Below are positions 6,832 to 15,854 of a stretch of 62,243 nt of DNA, one piece after another. Origin of the DNA: a virus (lineage: Duplodnaviria > Caudoviricetes); the IMG/VR virus record IMGVR_UViG_3300043408_000040, positions 1-62,243 of that record, one strand, 5' to 3'. Made by a program: the position numbers and the translations under genes. Each line of letters starts with the position of its first letter. Positions within the stretch are counted from its first letter, which is position 1. The notes beneath the pieces were generated by a model, which saw nothing but the letters and a program-made list of their open reading frames with translations, was not told where the DNA came from and ran no database searches.

Positions 6832-7118
6832 GCCTCGCCCCTTGCCCGGATGGCGGTGGCAATCAGGCAAATGTCATCTCTACCATTTGGCCATTCATCG
6901 CACACCCGTGCACACGCATCACGCTCTTGAGCCACAATGTTGCACTCGTATGCAGTCCAATGGTCTTGAGTCCATGTGCGGTTTCGCTCGTCAGCACGGA
7001 CAAGCTCGGCAAACTTCTCAAGTTCCTTTGTAAAACAAAGCCAATCAGAATCGCCGTCTTTGTGTGTGGCGATCTCCTCGAATCCGGCTTCCAAGGCCAG
7101 ATCGGTTGCTGTTTTCAT
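6828..7118 (-). CDS. Hypothetical protein (ERxxCA...AIRARGE family)
   Basis: Shares modules with 13514, 13848 and 15600 ORFs. Confidence 0.7.
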   Translation of the reverse strand: MKTATDLALEAGFEEIATHKDGDSDWLCFTKELEKFAELVRADERNRTWTQDHWTAYECNIVAQERDACARVCDEWPNGRDDICLIATAIRARGEA

Positions 7119-7324
7119 AGTAAATCCTTCCGTTTCAACTCAATGATTTCTTCAGTGGTAAAGCCAGCGTTTCGCAACTTCACCAAGTCATCAATGTTCA
7201 CGCCTTGCTTTGCTTCAGTCATTTCAAATGGCTTGATGGTGGCAAGGCAACCAACATACATGTCGTTTGCGTCATAGACCATGTGATTCGTGTCGTCATA
7301 GCTCAATACGATTTTCTTTTTCAT
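7115..7324 (-). CDS. Hypothetical protein
   Basis: AGGAG RBS, coupled. Confidence 0.65.
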   Translation of the reverse strand: MKKKIVLSYDDTNHMVYDANDMYVGCLATIKPFEMTEAKQGVNIDDLVKLRNAGFTTEEIIELKRKDLL

Positions 7325-7325
7325 T

Positions 7326-7559
7326 TCAAACTCCTAGTTGTTTCAAAGCCGCTTGCAGTCCTGCCAGTCCACCGACAGGCTGGCCGTCGATGATGATGTA
7401 GGGTAGCTGGCGTGCCGAGGGATAAAGGGAAGAAAACATTTGTCGTTCCCCATCTGTCTCGACTTCCCACTCGGTGTATTCCAGACCCTTGGACTTCAGC
7501 AGTTGCTTTGCGGTTGTGCAGTTGGGGCAACTTGATTTTGTGTAGATTACGATGTTCAT
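7326..7559 (-). CDS. Glutaredoxin / NrdH-like redoxin
   Basis: IYTKSSCPNC, LPYIIIDGQPVGG. Confidence 0.9.
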   Translation of the reverse strand: MNIVIYTKSSCPNCTTAKQLLKSKGLEYTEWEVETDGERQMFSSLYPSARQLPYIIIDGQPVGGLAGLQAALKQLGV

Positions 7560-7630
7560 TTGTTTCTCCAAAACGCCCACAAATACACGGCTGTGTGAGC
7601 AATGCCGATGAGTACCATCCACCAAGTCAT
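7556..7630 (-). CDS. 24-aa hydrophobic peptide
   Basis: MTWWMVLIGIAHTAVYLWAFWRNK; ATGA-coupled on both sides. Confidence 0.5.
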   Translation of the reverse strand: MTWWMVLIGIAHTAVYLWAFWRNK

Positions 7631-8154
7631 GTGTTCTTTTCCTTGAGTTTGGCTTCGATGGCTCGATCAATGAAGTCAATCAACGCAATGCCACGCACAC
7701 GCTGTTTCCATTCTGTTGGCTCGCCTGTTTTTGAGTGCGGTTCCCATGAATGTTCCCACACATGGAATTGCGTGACGCTTTCGCTGTCGTAACTGTTCTC
7801 CATCAAGAAGCGCCAACGCTGAGCATCCCTTTCTTGACTTGTCAGCGGCTTGCGCTGTGCTGGTGGGGATGTGTAGAGGGGCGTCACGGTCACTTTGCCC
7901 ATGTATTGACCCGCCATCTGCTCTGCCAGTTCTCTATACTTTTGCATTGGATACTTGCTGCTGAACTCAAGACCCCGTGAATGTGACAGCGCCCACGCCA
8001 CAGGCTCCTGCACAAGTGCTGCGGTTGGAGAGTTCTGCAAAAGTCTTTTTTGAATAGCCGTACTTACATCAACTGTGTCTTTATTCCAGTATCCGTCACG
8101 CACTCCTCGCTCAATCGCCTCCAAAGCAAGTCGCAATAATTTTTCATCGTTCAT
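7627..8154 (-). CDS. Modular hypothetical protein (QEPVA / PLYTSPP modules)
   Basis: AGGAG RBS; mosaic motifs. Confidence 0.7.
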   Translation of the reverse strand: MNDEKLLRLALEAIERGVRDGYWNKDTVDVSTAIQKRLLQNSPTAALVQEPVAWALSHSRGLEFSSKYPMQKYRELAEQMAGQYMGKVTVTPLYTSPPAQRKPLTSQERDAQRWRFLMENSYDSESVTQFHVWEHSWEPHSKTGEPTEWKQRVRGIALIDFIDRAIEAKLKEKNT

Positions 8155-8864
8155 TTTGTTTCTCCTGTTGTTGGTGCTGCGGTTGGGGTGGTGTAAACGG
8201 CGTAGGCTCCTTCGCCCAAGCTGCCCCAATACTCAAAGTCGTAGTTTCCGTGGCCCTTGTAAAACCAGATTTTCAACGTGCCTACAGGCTCCTGCACAGG
8301 TGCTGGCTGTGCGGGTGGGGTGTTGTAGATGACATCAAGCGCAGCGGAATACTCGGCGTAGTCGTCATCACTGCTGAGATTGTTCCGCAAGAAGCGATCA
8401 ATCATGTCGTATGCCTCGCTCGCCACAGGCTCCTGCTGTGCTGGTTGCTCACCAACTAACTCGCGTTCGATCTGCCCTGCCAAGGCTTGCTGATATTCCT
8501 CGTTGTGACACATGGGAAACTTGCATTGGTGCTGTGCTGGCTGCTCGGCTTTCAGTGCGCCAATGGCTGCAAGGATCGGCTCTGCTCCGCCTTCTTCTGG
8601 GTCGCACCCAAGTGCATCGCCAATTTGCCCGAGCGCCGAACATGCGGCTTCAAACATGCGCTTGTATTGTGCAAGCTCAATGTCAATCGGACGGTCTTCC
8701 AGCGTGACAGCCAATTTAGAAGGCTGTGATGGCTGCTCTATCGCTTCGTTGGCCAGTGCTTCTCGCAGTGATTTTTCAGCCGCAATCCATTCGTCCACAC
8801 TGACATCGCCTTGATTTCGCATTACCTCCAACGCCAGCTTCATTGCTTCAGTTTGTTTTGTCAT
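8151..8864 (-). CDS. Modular hypothetical protein (EQPAQQEPVA modules)
   Basis: AGGAG RBS; repeated linker motifs. Confidence 0.7.
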   Translation of the reverse strand: MTKQTEAMKLALEVMRNQGDVSVDEWIAAEKSLREALANEAIEQPSQPSKLAVTLEDRPIDIELAQYKRMFEAACSALGQIGDALGCDPEEGGAEPILAAIGALKAEQPAQHQCKFPMCHNEEYQQALAGQIERELVGEQPAQQEPVASEAYDMIDRFLRNNLSSDDDYAEYSAALDVIYNTPPAQPAPVQEPVGTLKIWFYKGHGNYDFEYWGSLGEGAYAVYTTPTAAPTTGETK

Positions 8865-9136
8865 GTGCTCTCCTTAAGCAGCTTTTTCACTTGTTCGTAT
8901 ACGGCATTTCTTTCGGCGTTGTCGGACTCCAACTTATCCCATCCTGCGTAGCGCATCTCGTTTTCGCAGCGCTGCAGTAGTTCATGCACTTCGCGCAGGC
9001 AGTCGGCAGACTTTCCGTGTAAAGGCCATTGCATTGTCTTTTCTAGCATGGCGGCAAGGCGCAATGGTTTTGGAAGTTTGCTCACGCGCAGCAGTTCTGC
9101 GGTGTCTTCTTCGCTTGCGTATTGGTTCTGATTCAT
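8861..9136 (-). CDS. Hypothetical protein, first gene of leftward operon
   Basis: AAGGAG RBS; downstream of promoter. Confidence 0.7.
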   Translation of the reverse strand: MNQNQYASEEDTAELLRVSKLPKPLRLAAMLEKTMQWPLHGKSADCLREVHELLQRCENEMRYAGWDKLESDNAERNAVYEQVKKLLKEST

Positions 9137-9181
9137 GTGCTCTCCTTTTGGCAACTTCCACAAAATAAGTTGCTGAGGTGT

Positions 9182-9210
9182 AGTCTATCGCAATTTTTTG
9201 CAGTCTGCAA
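9182..9210 (-). promoter_or_regulatory. Leftward sigma70-like promoter
   Basis: TTGCAG-17 nt-TAGACT. Confidence 0.6.
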
Positions 9211-9227
9211 TATATTTTTACACCATC

Positions 9228-9256
9228 TTGCAAAGAAGTGTGATTTGGTGTAGCAT
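9228..9256 (+). promoter_or_regulatory. Rightward sigma70-like promoter (probable leaderless transcript)
   Basis: TTGCAA-17 nt-TAGCAT, ATG 7 nt downstream. Confidence 0.6.
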
Positions 9257-9263
9257 ACGTCAA

Positions 9264-9719
9264 ATGAGAAAACAAACCAGAAGAAAAATTTACGCGCTCG
9301 TGAACCCCATCGAGTACGCCATCACCGGCGCCAGCATCACAGATGAATCGAGTCTGAAAATCTTACGCGACAAGGAGAATGGAAGCATGGAGGCATTCAG
9401 GACTGGCAAGGCAAACAAGCAGGACTGGAACAACATCAATGCAGTCTGCAATCTTGCCGAGTCTATGGCTGCCGCCGACATTGGCCCAGAGGTTATGGAA
9501 TACAAGGCCATCGCAGAGATGCACTTGATTGATTCAAGGGATCGGTACCTGAAGACAGGAAGAATGGGGGCTACTGGCCTCGCCCTTCAGGCCTTCAAGG
9601 ACATCATTGAGTATCACGAACTGCAGCGCACGGCTGTGGCACGCAGTGTGTATGAGGGACACATTAAGAAGGTGACCGACATGATCAAGAGTCGCTCACC
9701 GAAGATCAAGTTTTTATAG
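9264..9719 (+). CDS. Conserved phage hypothetical protein
   Basis: MRKQTRRKIYALVNPIEYAI... Confidence 0.75.
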   Translation: MRKQTRRKIYALVNPIEYAITGASITDESSLKILRDKENGSMEAFRTGKANKQDWNNINAVCNLAESMAAADIGPEVMEYKAIAEMHLIDSRDRYLKTGRMGATGLALQAFKDIIEYHELQRTAVARSVYEGHIKKVTDMIKSRSPKIKFL

Positions 9720-9722
9720 GAG

Positions 9723-9923
9723 GTGCAAATGCACGGAGACGGTGGAAAGGGATCTGGTCGCAGGCCATCGGTGGTCAGTCAAGATGAGATCGCAAAGCAA
9801 TGGGACGCAATTTTTGGAAAGAAAAAACATGGAACTTTATTGGCCGAAAACAAAGATCGTCAAGAGTCAGAACAACGCCTTCACGAGCTGGAAGACACCC
9901 AGGGAAAGCCTGATGTCGGGTGA
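9723..9923 (+). CDS. Hypothetical protein
   Basis: GGAGG RBS; DGGKGSGRRP motif. Confidence 0.55.
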   Translation: MQMHGDGGKGSGRRPSVVSQDEIAKQWDAIFGKKKHGTLLAENKDRQESEQRLHELEDTQGKPDVG

Positions 9924-10017
9924 CGACTCTTACCGAAAATCAAAAGCAGCAACAAAGGGCCGCACAGCCAAAGGCGAAGTGCCAAGCCACCTGAGAATTT
10001 ACAAGGAAAAGCAATGA
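9829..10017 (+). CDS. Hypothetical basic protein
   Basis: MELYWPKTKIVKSQNNAF; coupled to next gene. Confidence 0.55.
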   Translation: MELYWPKTKIVKSQNNAFTSWKTPRESLMSGDDSYRKSKAATKGRTAKGEVPSHLRIYKEKQ

Positions 10018-10166
10018 ACGAAGAAGCGCGAAAACAGTTTGAGGCCATGCTTCAATCAAAAGGCAAGCGAGCCACCGGCTGGAATGGTGACCGCTACGAC
10101 AACATCAACATCCAAACCTACTGGCGCTGGTTCCTGTTGGGCTGGACCATGCGAGGCGCCAAATGA
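10014..10166 (+). CDS. Hypothetical protein (50 aa, not in ORF track)
   Basis: AAGGA RBS, ATGA coupling. Confidence 0.6.
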   Translation: MNEEARKQFEAMLQSKGKRATGWNGDRYDNINIQTYWRWFLLGWTMRGAK

Positions 10167-10993
10167 ATAAGGTCATGAACATCGGCGCACTCGTGATGGA
10201 CGAGCGCCTGCAGTCGAGAACAGAGATCAGCGAAGAGACTGTTGCCGAGTACGCTTACGCACTCAAGGATGGCGCAGAGTTTCCCCCTGTGCTTGTCTAT
10301 TTTGATGGCATAAGCTACTACCTGACAGATGGCTATCACCGCGCTCACGCACACAAGCGCGCAGAAAAGGTAAGCATCTTGTGTGAGGTTGTTCAAGGCA
10401 CATTGCGTGATGCAATCTTGCATTCGACAGGCGTCAACTCCAAGCATGGAATGCGCCGTAGCTACGCCGACAAGCGCAAAGCAGTTATGACGTTGCTGGA
10501 TGACTTTGAATGGAGCCAATGGAGCAGTAGCGAGATCGGTCGTCGATGCGGCGTGTCACCCACGTTCGTGTCTGGCTTGCGTGATAGCGGAGGCCCATCC
10601 GAGGTGAAGTACAAGAAGGCATCTGGTGAGGTTGCTGTCAAAGCCAAAGCGCCTGGCCGCCCGGCAAAAGAAAAAGAGCCAGAGCTGAAAGAGCCTGCAA
10701 AGCAGGAGCAGCCTCAAGCAGAAGAGTTTGATCCACGCGACGAGCTGATTGAGCATCTGACCAAAGAGAACGACGAGCTGACCATGAACCTTGCCTTGGC
10801 CCACATGGGTGGCACAGAGCAGGAGCAGGGTGAGGCACGCGAGATCATCAACACATTGCACGAAGAGGTGCGAGTTCTGAAGATTGAGCTGGTGGCAGTG
10901 AAGCAAAGCCGCGATACGTTCCAGTCAGAGAATCAGCAACTCAAGCAACAGTGCGCGTCGTATCAACGTCAACTTAAGAAACTGCAGCCATGA
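10163..10993 (+). CDS. ParB-N-like domain protein with HTH and coiled coil
   Basis: FPPVLV...YYLTDGYHRAHA; SSSEIGRRCGVSPTFV. Confidence 0.8.
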   Translation: MNKVMNIGALVMDERLQSRTEISEETVAEYAYALKDGAEFPPVLVYFDGISYYLTDGYHRAHAHKRAEKVSILCEVVQGTLRDAILHSTGVNSKHGMRRSYADKRKAVMTLLDDFEWSQWSSSEIGRRCGVSPTFVSGLRDSGGPSEVKYKKASGEVAVKAKAPGRPAKEKEPELKEPAKQEQPQAEEFDPRDELIEHLTKENDELTMNLALAHMGGTEQEQGEAREIINTLHEEVRVLKIELVAVKQSRDTFQSENQQLKQQCASYQRQLKKLQP

Positions 10994-11520
10994 ACCCGGA
11001 TGTTATCAAGCATCTCGTAAGCATGCGCCACTCACCTCTGCGCAACTACATTGTTCCCGGCCTAACGAGCTGGATGATCATGGACAACGGAAGCAATGGG
11101 AAGGTGCGCATGTTTGATTGCACGCGAGAGCAGCACGAGTTCATCACACCGCACAGCCATCGCTTTGATTTCACTGCGTGCGTGGTTGAGGGTAGCGTAG
11201 AAAACGCACTATGGATTTCTTCCAGCAGTGGCGATGACTATCAAATGACGCGCACCATATATCTTGATGAGCCAGGAAAGTATGAGTCACAGCTGCGGCA
11301 GAAAAACAAGTACACCACCGATGTTATTGGCTACAAAGAGGGGGATTGGTACGGCATGAAGTTCAATGAAATTCACTCGATCAAGTTTGCCAAAGGATCA
11401 AAAGTTCTTTTCTTTGAGGGTCCAACCAAGGTGAATTTTTCTTACGTTCTTGAGCCAGTGGTTGATGGCGAGCACCTGAAGACTATGAGAACAGAGCCTT
11501 GGATGTTTAAGCGGGGCTGA
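10990..11520 (+). CDS. Hypothetical protein, cupin-like
   Basis: PHSHRFDF...EIHSIKF metal-ligand spacing. Confidence 0.6.
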   Translation: MNPDVIKHLVSMRHSPLRNYIVPGLTSWMIMDNGSNGKVRMFDCTREQHEFITPHSHRFDFTACVVEGSVENALWISSSSGDDYQMTRTIYLDEPGKYESQLRQKNKYTTDVIGYKEGDWYGMKFNEIHSIKFAKGSKVLFFEGPTKVNFSYVLEPVVDGEHLKTMRTEPWMFKRG

Positions 11521-11568
11521 TCAATCGCCCAAGCCAGAGGGCATGTGTGCTGGCAGTTGGAGAATCAA

Positions 11569-13047
11569 ATGAGTTTGCAATTACGAGAGTACCAAGCCGG
11601 TTCCCTTGATGGTTTGAGGCAAGGCTTTGCTGCGGGATACAAGTCGCAGATGCTCTACGCCCCAACGGGAGCCGGCAAGACCGAGATGGCCATTGCCCTG
11701 CTGGAGGCCACAAAGAAGAAGGGCAACAAGGCCGCAATGATTCTGGACCGCATCATCTTGTGCGATCAGACGAGTCAACGCCTTGAGAAGTACAAGATTG
11801 ACCATGGTGTGCTTCAGTCGGGCCACTGGCGGTATCGGCCATACGAGAGCATTCAAGTGTGCTCAGCACAGACGCTGGAAAAGCGCGGATCATTCCCCGG
11901 TCTCACGCTGATGATTGTTGATGAGGCGCATGCCATGAGAAGGCAGACCATTGAGTTCATCAAGAACAACCCAGACATCAAAGTCATTGGGCTTTCCGCA
12001 TCCCCATTTACGAAGGGCTTGGCATCAGTGTATGAGAACGTAGTCAGCACCGTCACCACCAAGCAGTTGGTCGATCAGGGTGTGCTGTGCCCTCTGCGCG
12101 TGTTCATTGCCAAAGAGATTGACATGGCTGGCGCCAAGAAGGTTGCCGGCGAATGGAGTCAGGCTGAGACAAGCAAGCGCGGCATGCAGATCACTGGTGA
12201 TGTGGTGGCCGAATGGATCAAAATGACGCACGAGATATTCGGCGCACCCAAGAAGACCATCGTGTTCTGCTCTGGCGTGGAGCATGGCACAGACCTGTCA
12301 AAGAAGTTCGCAGAGCAGGGCTACAACTTCATCAGCATCTCCTACAAGGATGACGATCAGTTCAAACGTGATGTGATCGAAGACTTCAGCAAGCCTGACA
12401 CAGAGATCCATGGCCTGATCGCCACCGATGTTTTGACCAAAGGCTTTGACGTTCCCGATGTGATGATTGGCGTGAGTGCGCGGCCATTCAGCAAGTCGTT
12501 CTCATCTCACGTCCAGCAAATGGGGCGCGTGATGCGCGGCTATTCTGGCAAGCAGTTCGCCGTCTGGCTGGATCACTCTGGCAACTACATCCGATTCCAA
12601 GAGGAGTGGGATGAGGTTTACAACGATGGCGTGACCAAGCTGGAAGACGGCAAGGAAAAAGCGAAGAAGGAAAAGACGGAAGGCGAGAAGGAGGCGGCCA
12701 AATGCCCCAAGTGCGGCCACCTCTGGGCCAGTGGCTCCGACTCTTGCTTGCATTGCGGCTACACCCGTGAAAAGAAATCCATGGTCGAGTCTGTGCCAGG
12801 CCAGATGGAAGAGCTGTCAACGGGCGGCAAGCATTCAATGCAGGACAAGCAGGCGTTCTGGTCTATGTGCCAGTACAAGAAGCTGTACAACGGTTGGACC
12901 GATGCGCGATGCAAGGCAAGCTATCACGGCCTCTATGGCGTGTGGCCTAAAGGATTGCTTGATGTACCAAAGCCGCCGGACATCAAGTTTGAGAAAACAC
13001 AAAAGGCGCAACTCATCAAATATTTAAAAACCAAAGGAAGAAAATGA
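11569..13047 (+). CDS. Superfamily II (DEAH) DNA helicase with Zn ribbon
   Basis: APTGAGKT, DEAH, SASP, KGFDVPD, QQMGRVMR, CPKC/CLHC. Confidence 0.92.
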   Translation: MSLQLREYQAGSLDGLRQGFAAGYKSQMLYAPTGAGKTEMAIALLEATKKKGNKAAMILDRIILCDQTSQRLEKYKIDHGVLQSGHWRYRPYESIQVCSAQTLEKRGSFPGLTLMIVDEAHAMRRQTIEFIKNNPDIKVIGLSASPFTKGLASVYENVVSTVTTKQLVDQGVLCPLRVFIAKEIDMAGAKKVAGEWSQAETSKRGMQITGDVVAEWIKMTHEIFGAPKKTIVFCSGVEHGTDLSKKFAEQGYNFISISYKDDDQFKRDVIEDFSKPDTEIHGLIATDVLTKGFDVPDVMIGVSARPFSKSFSSHVQQMGRVMRGYSGKQFAVWLDHSGNYIRFQEEWDEVYNDGVTKLEDGKEKAKKEKTEGEKEAAKCPKCGHLWASGSDSCLHCGYTREKKSMVESVPGQMEELSTGGKHSMQDKQAFWSMCQYKKLYNGWTDARCKASYHGLYGVWPKGLLDVPKPPDIKFEKTQKAQLIKYLKTKGRK

Positions 13048-13517
13048 CAAGCAACTACCAACGTACCAAAGCATGGCTCGAAGCATGCGGCAAAGAACCA
13101 TCACCAGAGAACCTATCCGTCCAGGTTGGTTGCATGGCCGAGGAATTTCTGGAAGTGCTTGAGGCTCTGAGCTTTCACAAACCCGGCGCATCACCAGAGT
13201 CATCGGGCTGGCGCGAGGTGGTGGAGCGCATCACTGCCGACGTCGAGGCGCTGGGCAAGGCGCTCAAAAAAGGTGAGTTGCTGGCGTATGTCGAGCCAAA
13301 AAAGCGAGTTGGCCTGCTGGACGGCTTGTGCGATGTCGAGGTGACGCTCAACGGCGTGGCATACCTGGCTGGATTCGACAAGGATGGCGCAGATCAAGAG
13401 GTGCTTGCATCGAACGAATCAAAACTTGAAGATGGCAAAGCTGTATTCGTGGAAGGCACTACGAAAATCGGAAAAGGCGCGTCATATAAAGCACCAGACC
13501 TGCGGGGGTTTGTATGA
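13044..13517 (+). CDS. MazG-like / PRA-PH nucleotide pyrophosphohydrolase
   Basis: EEFLE...LDGLCD...EVLASNESK...KIGKGASYKAPDL. Confidence 0.8.
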   Translation: MTSNYQRTKAWLEACGKEPSPENLSVQVGCMAEEFLEVLEALSFHKPGASPESSGWREVVERITADVEALGKALKKGELLAYVEPKKRVGLLDGLCDVEVTLNGVAYLAGFDKDGADQEVLASNESKLEDGKAVFVEGTTKIGKGASYKAPDLRGFV

Positions 13518-13861
13518 TCCAAAGAGAAACTCTATACATCTTTGAAACGGAAGATGAAATCTATGACCGCATGATGTCGGCCTTCAATCATGCCATGGAG
13601 GGGTTTGAAAGAAATAAGCCAAACAAAATAGAGGCACCCATGACCGACTTTGAAACATGGTGGTATCACGAAGGCAGCCAAGGCCCAACCGCTGGCAACG
13701 ACCTCGAAGAGCACTGCAAACGCATGTGCGCGATCGCATGGGGCAACGGCGCATTCAAGGAGCGTGAGCGTGCAGCCCTGAAGGTCGAAGAGCTTGGCAT
13801 GATCGGATACGGCACCTTGGCCATCGCTGCGGCAATCCGCAAAGGAGATGAACATGAATGA
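13514..13861 (+). CDS. Hypothetical protein
   Basis: Coupled; AAAIR module. Confidence 0.65.
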   Translation: MIQRETLYIFETEDEIYDRMMSAFNHAMEGFERNKPNKIEAPMTDFETWWYHEGSQGPTAGNDLEEHCKRMCAIAWGNGAFKERERAALKVEELGMIGYGTLAIAAAIRKGDEHE

Positions 13862-14078
13862 CAGCGAAATCAGAACCTCAATCCTGAGCGTGTGCAAGGT
13901 GGCCAGCTGGGATAGCGACTTCAATGTCGTAGGGTTTCACGCCTTGTGCGACAAGCTAAAAGAGATTGGCGCTGCCGCCGAGCGAGATCGTTTTGCACAA
14001 GAGTGCATTGATCTTGTCGCCCAATACGGCGGATCAGTTCAGCTTGAGGCGGCTATTCGCGCAAGGAGTGAATCATGA
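13848..14078 (+). CDS. Hypothetical protein
   Basis: AAGGAG RBS; AAIRAR module. Confidence 0.65.
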   Translation: MNMNDSEIRTSILSVCKVASWDSDFNVVGFHALCDKLKEIGAAAERDRFAQECIDLVAQYGGSVQLEAAIRARSES

Positions 14079-14785
14079 TGCAAGTCACAAAAGTCTGGTG
14101 GGATGGCGAGAAGCTGATGGCCGAGCCGATTGATCCTGCGACCATGTACAAAGATCCCGTGGACAGCTTGCTTGATGAGGCCAAAGTTCTTGCGGACGAC
14201 AGGCCGGTTGAGGTTGGCCATCTGCCTCAATGGACGCTCGATGCAGAGCACATGATTCGCAGGCTCGTGAAGGCATTCAACTCTACCCCACAGCCAGCAC
14301 GGCAAGAACCATTCGGCTACTTCAAAGCTGAGCCATTTGGCTGGACTGACTGCGCAGAAACCGATGAAGGCGCTATTGCTTTGTATGAGCAACCCGTCAT
14401 ACCGCAAGGATGGAAGTTGGTTCCCTATGATCCATCCATTGACATGCAAGAGCAAGGAAGCACTGCCTCAGGGTATGACCTCAGTCAAGCCCGCGCAAAG
14501 AGGGTCTATCAAGCCATGATCGACATGCACGATGTCGTGATGGAGCGAGAGCCAACAGACCAATTTCTAAGACTTCAAGCAGGCTATCCAGAACAACCGC
14601 AGCAAGACATGCTAAAGCTGGGATGCATCAATCATGACTGCGAACGGTGTCAGACACAGCATCCGCGCACATGGGTTGGGCTGACACCCGAAGACAAGCA
14701 GCGCATCCTGGCCAACGACTTTGGCGGCAACCGGCTTGATTGCATGGACGCTGCTGAACGCATCCTCAAGGAGAAAAACCAATGA
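14075..14785 (+). CDS. Modular hypothetical protein
   Basis: QEP, PQGWKLVP, TWVGLT modules. Confidence 0.7.
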   Translation: MMQVTKVWWDGEKLMAEPIDPATMYKDPVDSLLDEAKVLADDRPVEVGHLPQWTLDAEHMIRRLVKAFNSTPQPARQEPFGYFKAEPFGWTDCAETDEGAIALYEQPVIPQGWKLVPYDPSIDMQEQGSTASGYDLSQARAKRVYQAMIDMHDVVMEREPTDQFLRLQAGYPEQPQQDMLKLGCINHDCERCQTQHPRTWVGLTPEDKQRILANDFGGNRLDCMDAAERILKEKNQ

Positions 14786-14985
14786 CATTAGAAGTAGTGA
14801 GAATTGGAGCCGCACGGTTCTGGGTGGATGAGGGAATGTATAGCATCGAAGAGATTGAGCAAATGCTGTCCGACTTCAAAGAGGCCAAGCGCAGGCAGGA
14901 TGAGGCCTTGGCTCGGTCAATTGAAAAAAAAGAAGACATCGCCGCACGGATTTTCAATGCGGCATTTAATCCGGAGAAATCATGA
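14782..14985 (+). CDS. Hypothetical protein
   Basis: AAGGAG RBS, coupled. Confidence 0.65.
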   Translation: MTLEVVRIGAARFWVDEGMYSIEEIEQMLSDFKEAKRRQDEALARSIEKKEDIAARIFNAAFNPEKS

Positions 14986-15377
14986 CACCCACAGGAATCG
15001 AAGCCCTTGTCTGTCAAGAGATCGCAGCCAGACAGCAACTCGGCATCAACAAGTACGGCACCACAGTGGCAGACAATCAGCTCACGCTGCGCGAGTGGTT
15101 GCAGCACGCTTTGGAAGAGGCGCTGGATCAGGCCGTCTACCTGAGGAGGGCCATCGCTGAGATTGACAAGCAAAGCAATCAGCCAAGCCCCGACGAGATT
15201 ATTGCAGGCCACGCCAAGCGTTTAGCCATGGACCTTGAGTGCATGTTGCTCGCAAGCGATCCTGGGGTCGCCGTCAACCGCTGGTGGGCTGAGGCCCAGA
15301 CTTCTCTCGACAACTACAAGACCGACATTGATCGGCTTTATCCACAAGACCATGTATCACCACTCGGCAAGGACTGA
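14982..15377 (+). CDS. Conserved phage protein, all-alpha NTP-pyrophosphatase-like N-terminus
   Basis: RQQLGINKYGTT...WLQHALEEALDQAVYL. Confidence 0.65.
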   Translation: MTPTGIEALVCQEIAARQQLGINKYGTTVADNQLTLREWLQHALEEALDQAVYLRRAIAEIDKQSNQPSPDEIIAGHAKRLAMDLECMLLASDPGVAVNRWWAEAQTSLDNYKTDIDRLYPQDHVSPLGKD

Positions 15378-15378
15378 C

Positions 15379-15603
15379 ATGAGTAAACTTAAATCATTGA
15401 CGTTTGATGAGTACAAAGTTGCCGCAAAGGTCACACTGAACGAGGCAATTGACGAGGAGCCCGATGCAGTCATCGTGCTAATGTTTCACCGTGGGAGTGG
15501 GCAGTTCAAAATCAAGTGCTCCAAGATCGAGAATCGACTTGAACTGGTCGGCGCTTTGGAAGAAGCAAAAAATCACATACTTGTAAACGGGTATGCACCA
15601 TGA
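15379..15603 (+). CDS. Hypothetical protein
   Basis: AAGGA RBS. Confidence 0.6.
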   Translation: MSKLKSLTFDEYKVAAKVTLNEAIDEEPDAVIVLMFHRGSGQFKIKCSKIENRLELVGALEEAKNHILVNGYAP

Positions 15604-15854
15604 ACAAAGAAGATGTCATTAGGCTTGCAAAAGAAGCTGACGTTTGGGTTGCGGGGCAAGAGCCGTACCAGGCACAGCTTGAGCGTTTTGCTAGACTGGT
15701 TGCAGCCGCCGAAAGTCAGGCGTGGGTTCGGATGATCAACTCAATCGACCTTGCTGGGCTAAGAGATCATCCAAACATGCAGCGGCTTGTGGCTGAGTTG
15801 TTGAATGGAATCATTGACTGTATGGAGTCAGGGAGCCGCAATGCAGTTCCTTGA
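15600..15854 (+). CDS. Hypothetical protein
   Basis: LERFARLVAAAE module. Confidence 0.6.
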   Translation: MNKEDVIRLAKEADVWVAGQEPYQAQLERFARLVAAAESQAWVRMINSIDLAGLRDHPNMQRLVAELLNGIIDCMESGSRNAVP

